Shown here one piece after another: positions 1 through 10,652 of a stretch of DNA of 64,000 bases. The notes below the pieces were generated by a model. That model was not told where the DNA came from and ran no database searches. It saw only the letters and a list, made by a program, of their open reading frames with translations. The position numbers were made by a program, and so were the translations under genes. The stretch comes from a virus: IMG/VR virus record IMGVR_UViG_3300005731_000013, positions 103,977 through 167,976 of that record. One strand, given 5' to 3'. Position 1 is the first letter of the stretch. Each line of letters starts with the position of its first letter.

Positions 1-1
1 T

Positions 2-2641
2 GGATCTGGTATAGAACTATACCGTGCTGAAGTAGGCAAGACAAATAATACTAAAATTAAGAATGGTAAATTGTATAGTTATGAAAGTGGTGACATCATT
101 TCAACTTATGAAGTATTTGATCCACTCAAAGGAATCATTCCTGGGATTGCAGATTATGAAATTGATTTCCGTAGTGAATATGATAATGCAAAATATAATA
201 ACTCAACTGATGCAGATGTTGAATTGCGTCTAGATAATGTATGGGGTCCTGCACAAGTTGGAAAAGTTTGGTGGGATCTATCAAATGCAATATATCTTAA
301 TTATGATCAACATACGCCAGAATATCGCCAATTGCATTGGGGCAGTATGTTCCCTACAGCCACAATTGATGTTTATGAATGGACTAAGAGTCCTGTAACA
401 CCTGATGAATATCTGTCAGCAGTTGAAGCAGGAACAATAATTGATGGAATAGAATTGACAGGAACACCATATAGTATGGTCGACCAGTATGGCGAAGAAC
501 AGTTTAATTGGTCAGAAGATATTGAGTTGAATGTGAATACTAATCAATTAGAAACATATTATTATTTCTGGGTCAGCAATAAAACAACAACACCTACAAT
601 GGATAGATTGTATTCTGTCACCCAGATTGCACAAATAATTGAAGATCCAACAGCACATAATGTATCTTGGATGGCTGCAACCAGTGAAAATACATTGTTG
701 GTGACTGATTTGACTCAAAATTCTGGTTATGATGATTTGATTATGCAAGTAAATTTTGATACACACAAATCTGCATATCACCAAGAATTTTTGATGCTGG
801 CTGAAAATGACCCAGACTTATATATTCCAGAATGGCTACATATTAGTTTGCGCGACAGTTTGGCAGGGTTTACCCAAACTGTAGGAAATTACCAATTTAC
901 CAATTGGGAAAATGATGTCGAATATACATTCGAATCAATTGTAAAAAGTGATTTGGGCAAATTCTTCAGATGTCATGCAGAACATATTGCGCAAAATCCA
1001 GATGATGATGCAGATAATGATTATTGGACATTACTTGATTATATAACTGAAAATCCTGATGGTGACTGGGATGGAGGCGACGTAGTTTCGATTGATGAGT
1101 CTAAAAATATTCCTGATCGTTCATTGCATGAATATGCACGATATGGCATTGACACTAGACCGCATCAAACATGGTTTGTTGATATCTCAGAGGCGCGACA
1201 TGTTGCATTGACTAAATTAAATGATCAATTATCTGAAATCAACATTGTTGACAGTAATATTCCTTGGCAAGATGTATTTGAAAATACTATCGTCAAAGGC
1301 GAGATAGAATATAATCTGACAGATTATTGGCAATTCATCGATTGGTCATATGATGGAAATGTATATGAACGTGGAATCGGAGATTATTTTGTTGATACTG
1401 AATCTGAAATGAATTTACTATCACCAAATGATGGTGAAATTGTTCAAGTATGCTTTAGTAATGATATCGACTCAAGAAATCGCAGACAAGTATTCAAATT
1501 TGTAGATGATGAATGGTTGTTGATTTATAAAGAAAAAGCTACGTTAGAATTTAATGATTTACTTTGGAATAATGACATTGCATTGAGTGGATGGGATGTT
1601 GTTCCTTGGGATACAAATGTATGGGATAAAAATGCAAGTGCAGTGATGACTGAATTATTTGATGTATTTTACAATGACATTTGGGTAGGCGATTACCAAT
1701 CATTATATGCTGATTTATGGTTTGTAATGGTCAAACATGTATTCACAGAGCATAGAGAAGTTGATTGGATTTTCAAAACTAGTTATTTCGATGTCACAAC
1801 AGAGGATGATTTAGAAAAACAATATAACAAATATTTCAATCAAAATGTAGATGAATTATTTGATTATATTAATACAGTAAAACCATTCAGAAGTAAAGTA
1901 AAAGATGTAACACTGCGAAAAACGACTGATGATGAATTTGAAATGAGTGGATTAGACGGAGTTGAAATTCGAGTTCAAGTCAATCCTGTTGACTCAACTA
2001 TTGATGAAACTGACACTCGTAGTTTTAGATTGAATGTGTCAAAAACAAATGACAGTTATTCAAGTCAAATTATCAATGCGCATAAAATGTTGCTTGCAAC
2101 AAACTTAGGTCCTGATGATACTCGTATTCCATTTTTAAATTGGGGTGCTGCAACTACCATGCCAGATGGACCTGGTGCTTTTTGGATAAATGGTGAACGA
2201 ATCGAATATACTGCGGTTACCCATATTGGCGGCGGCAACCTAGGTGGTGGGTTCAGCAGCGGCTTCAACAGTGGCTTTAGTGGCATTACATTATTAACAG
2301 GAATAACTCGTGGCACACAAGGAACATTTGCTAGATCACACAAATATGCAGATGTTATCGAGGCGTCTACTGGTTTTGAATTAATTGAGAATACAACGTT
2401 AAGTGATTGGAATTCAGACATTCAACCTGCATGGAATGATCTCGGAGCAGGGATGTTGGATGGCGGAAATACAGATGCAAATGGTATCACTATTCAAGGA
2501 AACGGCTTCGGCACCATAGATTTATATGGCGATATTCTGTATGCACAATGGGTTGTATTAGGTGAGCCAGCAGATGCAATTGATGATTTCCAATCAGAAT
2601 TAGAAGAATTAATTGAAGAGTATTGGGTATTACATTCTTAG
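2..2641 (+). CDS. Large virion structural protein (baseplate-wedge-like), 5'-truncated by the window edge
   Basis: Frame is open from position 2 (GSGIELYRAEVGK...), so the 71 start is not the true start. Acidic, Trp/Asp-rich, with a C-terminal INGERIEY...GITRGTQGT motif seen in large-phage baseplate proteins; lies before the tail-spike genes. Confidence 0.6.
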   Translation, partial: GSGIELYRAEVGKTNNTKIKNGKLYSYESGDIISTYEVFDPLKGIIPGIADYEIDFRSEYDNAKYNNSTDADVELRLDNVWGPAQVGKVWWDLSNAIYLNYDQHTPEYRQLHWGSMFPTATIDVYEWTKSPVTPDEYLSAVEAGTIIDGIELTGTPYSMVDQYGEEQFNWSEDIELNVNTNQLETYYYFWVSNKTTTPTMDRLYSVTQIAQIIEDPTAHNVSWMAATSENTLLVTDLTQNSGYDDLIMQVNFDTHKSAYHQEFLMLAENDPDLYIPEWLHISLRDSLAGFTQTVGNYQFTNWENDVEYTFESIVKSDLGKFFRCHAEHIAQNPDDDADNDYWTLLDYITENPDGDWDGGDVVSIDESKNIPDRSLHEYARYGIDTRPHQTWFVDISEARHVALTKLNDQLSEINIVDSNIPWQDVFENTIVKGEIEYNLTDYWQFIDWSYDGNVYERGIGDYFVDTESEMNLLSPNDGEIVQVCFSNDIDSRNRRQVFKFVDDEWLLIYKEKATLEFNDLLWNNDIALSGWDVVPWDTNVWDKNASAVMTELFDVFYNDIWVGDYQSLYADLWFVMVKHVFTEHREVDWIFKTSYFDVTTEDDLEKQYNKYFNQNVDELFDYINTVKPFRSKVKDVTLRKTTDDEFEMSGLDGVEIRVQVNPVDSTIDETDTRSFRLNVSKTNDSYSSQIINAHKMLLATNLGPDDTRIPFLNWGAATTMPDGPGAFWINGERIEYTAVTHIGGGNLGGGFSSGFNSGFSGITLLTGITRGTQGTFARSHKYADVIEASTGFELIENTTLSDWNSDIQPAWNDLGAGMLDGGNTDANGITIQGNGFGTIDLYGDILYAQWVVLGEPADAIDDFQSELEELIEEYWVLHS

Positions 2642-2652
2642 TGATATAAACT

Positions 2653-2660
2653 GATAAATA
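2653..2660 (+). promoter_or_regulatory. Putative late promoter box GATAAATA
   Basis: Resembles the T4 late consensus TATAAATA. Similar xTAAATA boxes precede other structural genes (7401, 13154, 13774). Confidence 0.45.
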
Positions 2661-2681
2661 TTATAAAGTTAAGGAATAGAT

Positions 2682-5600
2682 ATGACTGTAAACACAATAG
2701 TTGAATTGAATGCATTATTAGATAAAGTCGATCAAGACGCACAAGTTTTAGCCGCAATTACTAATGATGATGCAGACAGTACAGATAACGGCCCTGCCCC
2801 AGGTTATGTTACAACTCGCCTAGGAAGTAATGTTAAAAATATCCAAAAGGTAATCGCGGATGTTGAAGCTGATTTGGTCGAAGGACTTCAACCAAGCGTT
2901 AAGAAAGATGGTGCTACGATTGTTGAATCAGCAGCATCTTTCAATTATCAAGGCGGAAATATAACCGTAGAAAACGTCGATGGCGAAGCTACAATAACAG
3001 TGTTAACACGCTATCATGATTTGGAAACAATGCTTCTTAGTGAAGAAGGATCACGTGGTGTAGGAACAATTTGGGAAGCTGGCGCATTCATGTATGAAGA
3101 GGTGTCAGCCAATCCGCACCATACGACTGCCGCTGGCATAATGCTACAAGAGTTGGGACCAAACTTTACTTCTCGTGACAGAATTATTGATGCACTTGAT
3201 CGAGGAGTAACTTGGTCAAATGGCACACTTATTTCAGCTGATGGGTTCCTATATAAAGCTGTCGATTCTGCAGATGATATTCCTGACATGCCAGGATTGG
3301 TTCCTGTAGGAACTGAACTTTCTCCTAGACAATTCGGTGGATATTATAATGGTGTAGATAATGATAGCACCGCAGTAAGATTATGTTATTTTTATGCAAA
3401 TACTCATCAAATACCAGTAACCTTTGCAGGTATTGAAAAATGTGCATTGTGGGCTGATGGTCAAATAATTATCAATGTAGATACACATGGGCACGGTTGT
3501 CAATTGGTTGCAATTAATGGTATTAATACGCCACCTACATTTAGTTCAATTAATGTGATGTTCAAGATTGAAGATGAAAATACACCTGTTGTCTCAGGTG
3601 TAGTGGATACTCCATTAGTAGATGGCAACTTGGTTGCTGATTTAACAGCTGGATCAACTCGCCCGACAGCAGATTTCCTAAGACACACAGGGTATGCATA
3701 TATTCAAGGGTCTGGTGGAACTGGTCCTGAAATTGCCGACAGATATAAAGAAACAACATGGTCATATCGACAATCATTTGCAGTACAACCAAATGGCAGA
3801 ACAATGCAACCATTGAGTTTGGACTTGACTACAGAATCAGAATTCTTTTATGAATATCGATTAATGTCAGCTCGTGGCCGTGTACATGTACAAGGATTTA
3901 CAGCAGAAACTGAATCATTCAATAACCAAACATTGTTTGGTATTTACAGAAATGGTGTTACATTATCTGATATGCAATTTACACAAGTTGACGGTTCTCA
4001 AGATCCTGACTCTACAAATAAAATTATTCATGTAGAACGTGCTGCATATATTCATATTGATCGTATTACAGCACAAGCCCAACCAGATGGTGATAACCAA
4101 GGCGGAACATATCTTATCAATATGTCACAATTTGCTGAAGTATATATTACTGGTGTAAATGCTATTGAAGGATGGGGTTGCATGGGAACAAACCATGGTA
4201 ATGGTCTATATATTTCGGATTCTAATATCAATAGAATGGATGCACACAACGGCGGACATAATTATTATATTACTGACTCAACATTTTATAATCGTGGTGC
4301 TCATTTAGGCTGGGGCGGCGGTGTTTGGAGCGTTACAAACTGTCACCTAATCAATACATCTGCCGTGGTTGGCCGCCCTGATTATGGTAACTATTTCTTT
4401 GGAACAATCAGAGTGACAGATTGTACAATTTCTGATGTGTCATTTACTACAACAATTGTGGCATTGGATTCACCAGGCGCAGGAACAAATGTATTGTCAT
4501 ATCCTGTTGCACATTCGATCGTTATTGAAAACATAACACGAACAGATAATGATGGCAACGGCAATAATCGTGCAATCATACCACTATCATTGACTGTCAA
4601 TACAGATGCAGGCATCTTGGCGCCTATTGCACCAAGTAACATTAAAATTTCTAATATCACATGTTCAGGAAATTGGCGTCTAATATTGCCAATTGATTAT
4701 CAAAATATGTTGTTGCCACCTGATACTGACTTTTGTTCATTAACACTTTCAAATGTCAAACCTACTCGGGTTAATACAACTGGATTAGGTGTGAATATCC
4801 CAGCAAATACTATTGCTGGTGCTGGTGATTATAAAGTTGATTTTCATGCAGAAAATTGTACTAAATTGTCAATAAATGCAGCCGAACATGCAAAAATGGA
4901 TTTTTATCTTAGAAACTGTGATTTGAACAGAGTTTCTGTTGCTGATGGTGCCGTTGTTGAGATTGATGGCGGACTATTAACTGATATGGATCTTCAAGAT
5001 GCAGAAACACATGTTCCAGTAGGTGCGGCACGAATTGGATCAGGCTATACAACTATACGGAATGTTAAAGTGCAAGGTGAAGATGCTTCATCAGGTTGGG
5101 ATCTGTCAAATGTTGAAACTATGATTGGTGTTGATATTCCTGATAATTCAGAAAATGAAGGTAACATGTTGCCTACAGGATGTTTGAAAGCTCATGCATA
5201 TTATGGTTGGCGCCGAGATGATCCAAGTGGTGAAATTACTCCAGATTTTTGGGGCAAAAATACTAATCCAGGTGTAACTGACATGACAGAGGCAATTGAA
5301 GATGCGATTGTATATGCGTCAGATAATAATATTACATTGAAATTTAAATCAATTTATGGATTTACAAATATATCACCTACTGTTTGGGGCGATGGGGTTT
5401 ACTTAGATTTCGATAGTGGTGCTAAATTACAACAGCTATCAACTCGCGATCCTGATACTCCTGCATTGCAACTAAACGGATTACATGTTGCATCAGGTCG
5501 ATCATTGACTGCATCAGCATACAGTGGTGATATGACTGTATCTGTTGATAACGCAGCAAATTTTGAAGAAGGCCGCCTGGTATTTTTGCGTTCCAATCGT

Positions 5601-7382
5601 CTATTAGAAGGAGATCATAGATTTATTCCAGCTAATGCAATTGGTCAATTATGTAAAGTTGCTTCTGTATCTGGAAATGATGTAACCTTCGTTGATCCAT
5701 TGATTTGGGATATGATAATAGGAACTGTGACCAGTGGAACAGCACAAGCGGCAACAAGTGATAATATTACATTAGATGCAGCAACAACAGCTACCACTAA
5801 TGACATTAAAAACTTATTTGTAACCATTTTGAGTGGAACTGGGGCAGGACAATCTAGATATATTGTTGATTATGACGAGACAACTAAAATTGCTGATATT
5901 GGCACAAGTTATGGAGATTTCCCACAAGATCCTTGGGATGTTATACCAGATGCCACTTCAGTTTATGAAATTGTTGAAGATGTAACTGTTGATTGTTATG
6001 CACCATATAAATTTAAAGGTAACATTAAATTAGAAGGATATCCTGAAAATAACGTCAATGTTGCGGGTGTTAACATTAGTTATGCAGATACTCCAATTCT
6101 AGATAATGCACATATTGATGGTTGCAGTAATTATTCATTATATACTAGATTCTCATATTTGCCAGTTGTTCGAAATTGTCAATTTAAACGTGCAAACTAT
6201 GCATATAATAATGGATCAGGCCTAGGATATGGTCATAGTGATTATGGGTCATATAAAGCTTTGGTTGAAAATTGTATTGCTATTGGATGTAGAACAGGTT
6301 TTGACGCAACAAGTGCATCATATGGTATGACACGCAGAAATAATACAACAATTGGCGGTGGCCCAACATATGATGGCGGGTTCTTTTATCCTGATGTATC
6401 ATCTGGTTATGAACCGAACAGTGGGTTCTCATCACATTGTGGTGCAATTGATTTGTATGATACAGGTAATGATTCACATAATGTGTTCCAATCTAAAATC
6501 AGAGGTATCCATACAATTGATAATTGTAGAATTTCAGGATTTTCATATAGAGGATATTTGGTATTCTTTTCACCAAAAGCAATTATTATGAATTCAACAT
6601 ATACTGACAGTTATACTTATACCCCTATTGTCACAGATTCAGTATTTGATCCTGGTGATGATGGTATTATGTTTACAGAATCATATCCATCTACCCCACA
6701 GGAATTTATACATGTTCAACAATCAGATATGCCTGACAACGCATCATTGGTGGTAAGAAACAATGTAGTAAGTGCAGTCCAAGCTGACTTTATTCGTCTT
6801 GGCGATCTTTCAACCACTTCAAATTTATCTTTGGAAGTTACAAATAATCATGTAACTATTGTTAAAGGATCTGGATCAGGCGATCAAAGTTTGATAGATG
6901 CTAACGACGCGTTTTCATTAGGTGCATTGATAGCACACAATAATGTTATCAATTGGGGTGGTGATGCAGCAGGTTCTGTTGCATATGATAATTTGTCGCC
7001 ATTGCCATTTATTAACACTTATTTAGAGCCATCAGATATGGTAATGGTGTTAGGTGAAGGTATGTATGCTGTTAGACTTGCAACCTCAAAACGAGCAAAT
7101 ATTTCGTATGGTAACAATAGACAAGGCTTCTTTTGTACAGCGTATCAAGCTGACGATCTCGCCAGTCATCATTGGTATGGTTTGGTTGATTCTACCGCAG
7201 GTGTAGTTAATGAAATATCAACAACAGGCTCAGTGTTTCATCCTGCTGATACTGCATTGTCAGCTGGATCAACAACATCAGGCATGTTAAATTTATCTAT
7301 TAGATCAAATGGCACATTGCAAGTTTATAATAAAACAGGTGCAACACAAACATTTATTGTCGAATTAGGTAATAGAATATAA
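2682..7382 (+). CDS. Tail spike/fibre protein with two pectin-lyase-like beta-helix (depolymerase) modules
   Basis: 1566 aa. Two tailspike-entry motifs (SPRQFGGYYNGVDNDSTAV; ITPDFWG...VTDMTEAIEDAI), each followed by Asn/Ile/Gly-rich beta-helix-type repeats. Confidence 0.7.
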   Translation: MTVNTIVELNALLDKVDQDAQVLAAITNDDADSTDNGPAPGYVTTRLGSNVKNIQKVIADVEADLVEGLQPSVKKDGATIVESAASFNYQGGNITVENVDGEATITVLTRYHDLETMLLSEEGSRGVGTIWEAGAFMYEEVSANPHHTTAAGIMLQELGPNFTSRDRIIDALDRGVTWSNGTLISADGFLYKAVDSADDIPDMPGLVPVGTELSPRQFGGYYNGVDNDSTAVRLCYFYANTHQIPVTFAGIEKCALWADGQIIINVDTHGHGCQLVAINGINTPPTFSSINVMFKIEDENTPVVSGVVDTPLVDGNLVADLTAGSTRPTADFLRHTGYAYIQGSGGTGPEIADRYKETTWSYRQSFAVQPNGRTMQPLSLDLTTESEFFYEYRLMSARGRVHVQGFTAETESFNNQTLFGIYRNGVTLSDMQFTQVDGSQDPDSTNKIIHVERAAYIHIDRITAQAQPDGDNQGGTYLINMSQFAEVYITGVNAIEGWGCMGTNHGNGLYISDSNINRMDAHNGGHNYYITDSTFYNRGAHLGWGGGVWSVTNCHLINTSAVVGRPDYGNYFFGTIRVTDCTISDVSFTTTIVALDSPGAGTNVLSYPVAHSIVIENITRTDNDGNGNNRAIIPLSLTVNTDAGILAPIAPSNIKISNITCSGNWRLILPIDYQNMLLPPDTDFCSLTLSNVKPTRVNTTGLGVNIPANTIAGAGDYKVDFHAENCTKLSINAAEHAKMDFYLRNCDLNRVSVADGAVVEIDGGLLTDMDLQDAETHVPVGAARIGSGYTTIRNVKVQGEDASSGWDLSNVETMIGVDIPDNSENEGNMLPTGCLKAHAYYGWRRDDPSGEITPDFWGKNTNPGVTDMTEAIEDAIVYASDNNITLKFKSIYGFTNISPTVWGDGVYLDFDSGAKLQQLSTRDPDTPALQLNGLHVASGRSLTASAYSGDMTVSVDNAANFEEGRLVFLRSNRLLEGDHRFIPANAIGQLCKVASVSGNDVTFVDPLIWDMIIGTVTSGTAQAATSDNITLDAATTATTNDIKNLFVTILSGTGAGQSRYIVDYDETTKIADIGTSYGDFPQDPWDVIPDATSVYEIVEDVTVDCYAPYKFKGNIKLEGYPENNVNVAGVNISYADTPILDNAHIDGCSNYSLYTRFSYLPVVRNCQFKRANYAYNNGSGLGYGHSDYGSYKALVENCIAIGCRTGFDATSASYGMTRRNNTTIGGGPTYDGGFFYPDVSSGYEPNSGFSSHCGAIDLYDTGNDSHNVFQSKIRGIHTIDNCRISGFSYRGYLVFFSPKAIIMNSTYTDSYTYTPIVTDSVFDPGDDGIMFTESYPSTPQEFIHVQQSDMPDNASLVVRNNVVSAVQADFIRLGDLSTTSNLSLEVTNNHVTIVKGSGSGDQSLIDANDAFSLGALIAHNNVINWGGDAAGSVAYDNLSPLPFINTYLEPSDMVMVLGEGMYAVRLATSKRANISYGNNRQGFFCTAYQADDLASHHWYGLVDSTAGVVNEISTTGSVFHPADTALSAGSTTSGMLNLSIRSNGTLQVYNKTGATQTFIVELGNRI

Positions 7383-7439
7383 TTTAAATAGATATACTAA
7401 CTAAATAATAGTATATCTATTTGATACAAAGGAATAATA

Positions 7440-10400
7440 ATGGCTGAAATCGGCAGAACAAGTTTTAAAAGTAGTACCCAGACCACATATCCAGATAATA
7501 CAACAGGTGAAATTTCTCCAGCAGATATCCGTACACAAATGGATAATATTGCAGATTCAACAGTATTTAAAGGCACAGGCAAATCTAGAGCACCAAGTAA
7601 TGATGATGACTCAGTTGGAACAGGTGGCGAAGGAACATATAATGTAGGTGACATATGGGTAGATACCACATCAAACAATGTATATACATGTCTGGATGAT
7701 ACTGCATTTAATGCTGTTTGGTATGTATATGCAGATCAAACATTTGTTGATAGTAGATATCATATAAATGGATATGCTACTCGTGATGAATTGGTGACGG
7801 CCCGACCATCATTAACATTGGTTGATGGCATGATTATTGCGGCCGCAGGCATTTTATATAAAGTTGTATTGGGTGATACTTCAATTTCAGATTTACATGA
7901 CTTGGTTCCATTTGGAACAGTAACACCGTATCATTGGACTGAAAATGTGGATCCAGGAACAACTGATATGAGTATTGCGTTACAATTAGCAGTTAATTAT
8001 GAGACCGCAGTTGGCATGGGATTCAAATCATATATTGACCTATTAGGTCAAGATATTCTCGTATCTAACCAAACATTTTTTAATAATAGACAAAATTTAA
8101 CTATTGCAAATGGTAAAATTATAGCAAATTCTGTCGATATATGGCCTACGGTGTCTGGACAACCTGCTCCTATATTTGATTGTAGTGGCGATGAAACAAA
8201 ATATATTAACTTTACACAATTATACATTGAATGTTCGTTTGTTGCAAGTGGTATTCGATTTAAAGAATCTTCACAATGTTCAGTATTTGATATCGAAATT
8301 CATGGCATGGGTGATAATGGGTATGGTATTAAAACAGCAACATCTGCAGATAATTTAAAATTGACAAATGTCACAGTGCAACAATATGATGTAGATGAAG
8401 CAGGGTTTGATGATCAAACATATAGAACAGCTTATGGTTTTGAAATTCGAACAGCAAATATAGTTATGAGTGGATGTACAGCTGGTTATTGCTTATATCC
8501 ATTTTATAAAACAAGTGGCGGTTCTTGGCAACTAAATAACTGTCATTTTTTCAATGGTGATTTGACAACAGTAACTGACGCAGATGCAATTTATACTGCA
8601 TATATCAACAGCCCTGATGATGGTTTGATTGTTGGTAACTACTTTGAGGGCGGAACATGTTTTGTAAACGTCAATACCTTGGATAATGGCAGCACTGATA
8701 CATTATTGTTCAGTGGTAACAGGTTCAATAAGGCTGGATCAGATGTAAACTATGCTATCCAATTTGATACATCTGTTGCAAATAATGACGTTCGAGGACT
8801 GATTTTGAATGATGTTCATTTTGGTGGGTATGTAACAGATGTAGCTTGGACCACTTCCGATTCAGGATCATTTTCATCACCTAAATTATATAAATTAGGT
8901 TACGTGGCTGAAAGCGGTAGTGGAGATCCAGAAGGCATTCATCCAACACCAAATAGCAATACTCAATTACGCCCTGTGCAATTTGGCGCATATGATGCGG
9001 GTGATACTACTGAAATCGAAGATTTTATTACCTATTTTGAAGCAGAACGAATAGTAAATGTTTATGTTGCACCAACTGCCAGTGGTGATGAAGATGGAAC
9101 ATCGGCATCTGATCCTACAACTATAGATGCAGGAATGAGATTTATTCAGGCGTCTATGGTAGGAACTCGTAATACTGAGTATAGATTGGTGTTGGCAGCA
9201 GGAACATATACTGATATAACACAACAATTGTTTATATCTGGAACAGAACAAAAATGGTTCTTTAATAATAATTTATTGGTGATTCAAGGACCATACTTGT
9301 CTGGATTGACACCAACAGCAATAATTGATGGAACAACATTAAATGATACATGGCTCAAACAAACGCACCATCTAGGGTTGCCATTTTATATTTACATTAA
9401 AAATGTTAAATTTGTGAATTTTGATTCTGAACGGCCAATGTCATTATGGTATGGCGGAGGTGCAATTATGTTGGAAAATGTGCATTGTGATGGCGCAGCA
9501 GGATTGATTGACGCTAGACATTGTATCGTTAGATGTAATGGTTCAGATGCAGCAAATCCGGCTCTAATTGAAAATCATACTAATACTGCAATTGTTGTTC
9601 AACAAGGTTATTATCGAATTGGTGATAATGCTGATGTAGGAAATGATTATGTAATTGAATTCAATGGTACAGGCACTGCAATTCAAATTAGCAGAAATTC
9701 AATGGGATATGTGAGGTCTTGTGTATTAACAAATGGCGCAAATTTAATCCAATTAGAAAAAAGTTCGCGTGTTAGAACACAAAACAATACTGGAACTGCC
9801 TGGACAAATGCATTTATTACAAAAGATAATGAAAGTGTGTGGGATGATGATTATTCGAACTATCCTGATGTATTTACAGGAGCGGCTGCCGGAACACCTG
9901 TATTAAAAATACATGGTCAAACAATGCCATTTGAATCTACTGTTGGAGACGAAGTTGGACACAAACATTTCAGAGGACCACAAATAACACTTAGACCAGA
10001 TACCTTGGCAGCAATCGATAATTTATCAGAAGGCGTAAATTATGAAATTTCATCAATTACTGATGTTGACTGGGCTGCACTTGGTGGGCCTGCATCCGCA
10101 GTTGTAGGTGATACATTTACCTGTACCGCATCAGGAACAGCACCTGGTTTGGCATATACTTTAGATTTGGATATAAGTGAATATTCAACAGGTGGTTCTG
10201 AATATGCAGGTATTGCTAGATTGCCAATGTGGTTTTGGTTTTCAGATACAGCCATGGTAAGATTCAAATATACGATTGAAATTATAGCTGATGATGACAT
10301 TGGGTTTGAAGTCAAGTGCGGAACACAAAGTTTAGGATCAATTGATCTGCCTGCATTCTATCCATCAAGTGGTTCTTTTGAACGGTGGACAATTGATGGC

Positions 10401-10625
10401 ACAATTTTTGGAACCGTTGAAGGACAATCATCAGGATATTATACATTTGTTGCAAGCCCCAATCATGGATCACCAATAGCACATGGTCATGATACTGATT
10501 CATTTAACAATGCAAGTTTAAGAAGTGCATCTGGTGACACGAATGATTGGGCCAGTATTGTCAAATTTGGAAATGCTGCGGATGAAATTAGAGTCACAAT
10601 GATGACGTCATGGGTTACACCATGA
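7440..10625 (+). CDS. Tail spike protein, pectin-lyase-like beta-helix
   Basis: 1061 aa. N-terminal anchor module shared with 10653; TPYHW...TTDMSIALQLA spike-entry motif; second VYVAPTASG-type module. Confidence 0.7.
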   Translation: MAEIGRTSFKSSTQTTYPDNTTGEISPADIRTQMDNIADSTVFKGTGKSRAPSNDDDSVGTGGEGTYNVGDIWVDTTSNNVYTCLDDTAFNAVWYVYADQTFVDSRYHINGYATRDELVTARPSLTLVDGMIIAAAGILYKVVLGDTSISDLHDLVPFGTVTPYHWTENVDPGTTDMSIALQLAVNYETAVGMGFKSYIDLLGQDILVSNQTFFNNRQNLTIANGKIIANSVDIWPTVSGQPAPIFDCSGDETKYINFTQLYIECSFVASGIRFKESSQCSVFDIEIHGMGDNGYGIKTATSADNLKLTNVTVQQYDVDEAGFDDQTYRTAYGFEIRTANIVMSGCTAGYCLYPFYKTSGGSWQLNNCHFFNGDLTTVTDADAIYTAYINSPDDGLIVGNYFEGGTCFVNVNTLDNGSTDTLLFSGNRFNKAGSDVNYAIQFDTSVANNDVRGLILNDVHFGGYVTDVAWTTSDSGSFSSPKLYKLGYVAESGSGDPEGIHPTPNSNTQLRPVQFGAYDAGDTTEIEDFITYFEAERIVNVYVAPTASGDEDGTSASDPTTIDAGMRFIQASMVGTRNTEYRLVLAAGTYTDITQQLFISGTEQKWFFNNNLLVIQGPYLSGLTPTAIIDGTTLNDTWLKQTHHLGLPFYIYIKNVKFVNFDSERPMSLWYGGGAIMLENVHCDGAAGLIDARHCIVRCNGSDAANPALIENHTNTAIVVQQGYYRIGDNADVGNDYVIEFNGTGTAIQISRNSMGYVRSCVLTNGANLIQLEKSSRVRTQNNTGTAWTNAFITKDNESVWDDDYSNYPDVFTGAAAGTPVLKIHGQTMPFESTVGDEVGHKHFRGPQITLRPDTLAAIDNLSEGVNYEISSITDVDWAALGGPASAVVGDTFTCTASGTAPGLAYTLDLDISEYSTGGSEYAGIARLPMWFWFSDTAMVRFKYTIEIIADDDIGFEVKCGTQSLGSIDLPAFYPSSGSFERWTIDGTIFGTVEGQSSGYYTFVASPNHGSPIAHGHDTDSFNNASLRSASGDTNDWASIVKFGNAADEIRVTMMTSWVTP

Positions 10626-10652
10626 TATTAAACAATATGGATATAAAATAAA

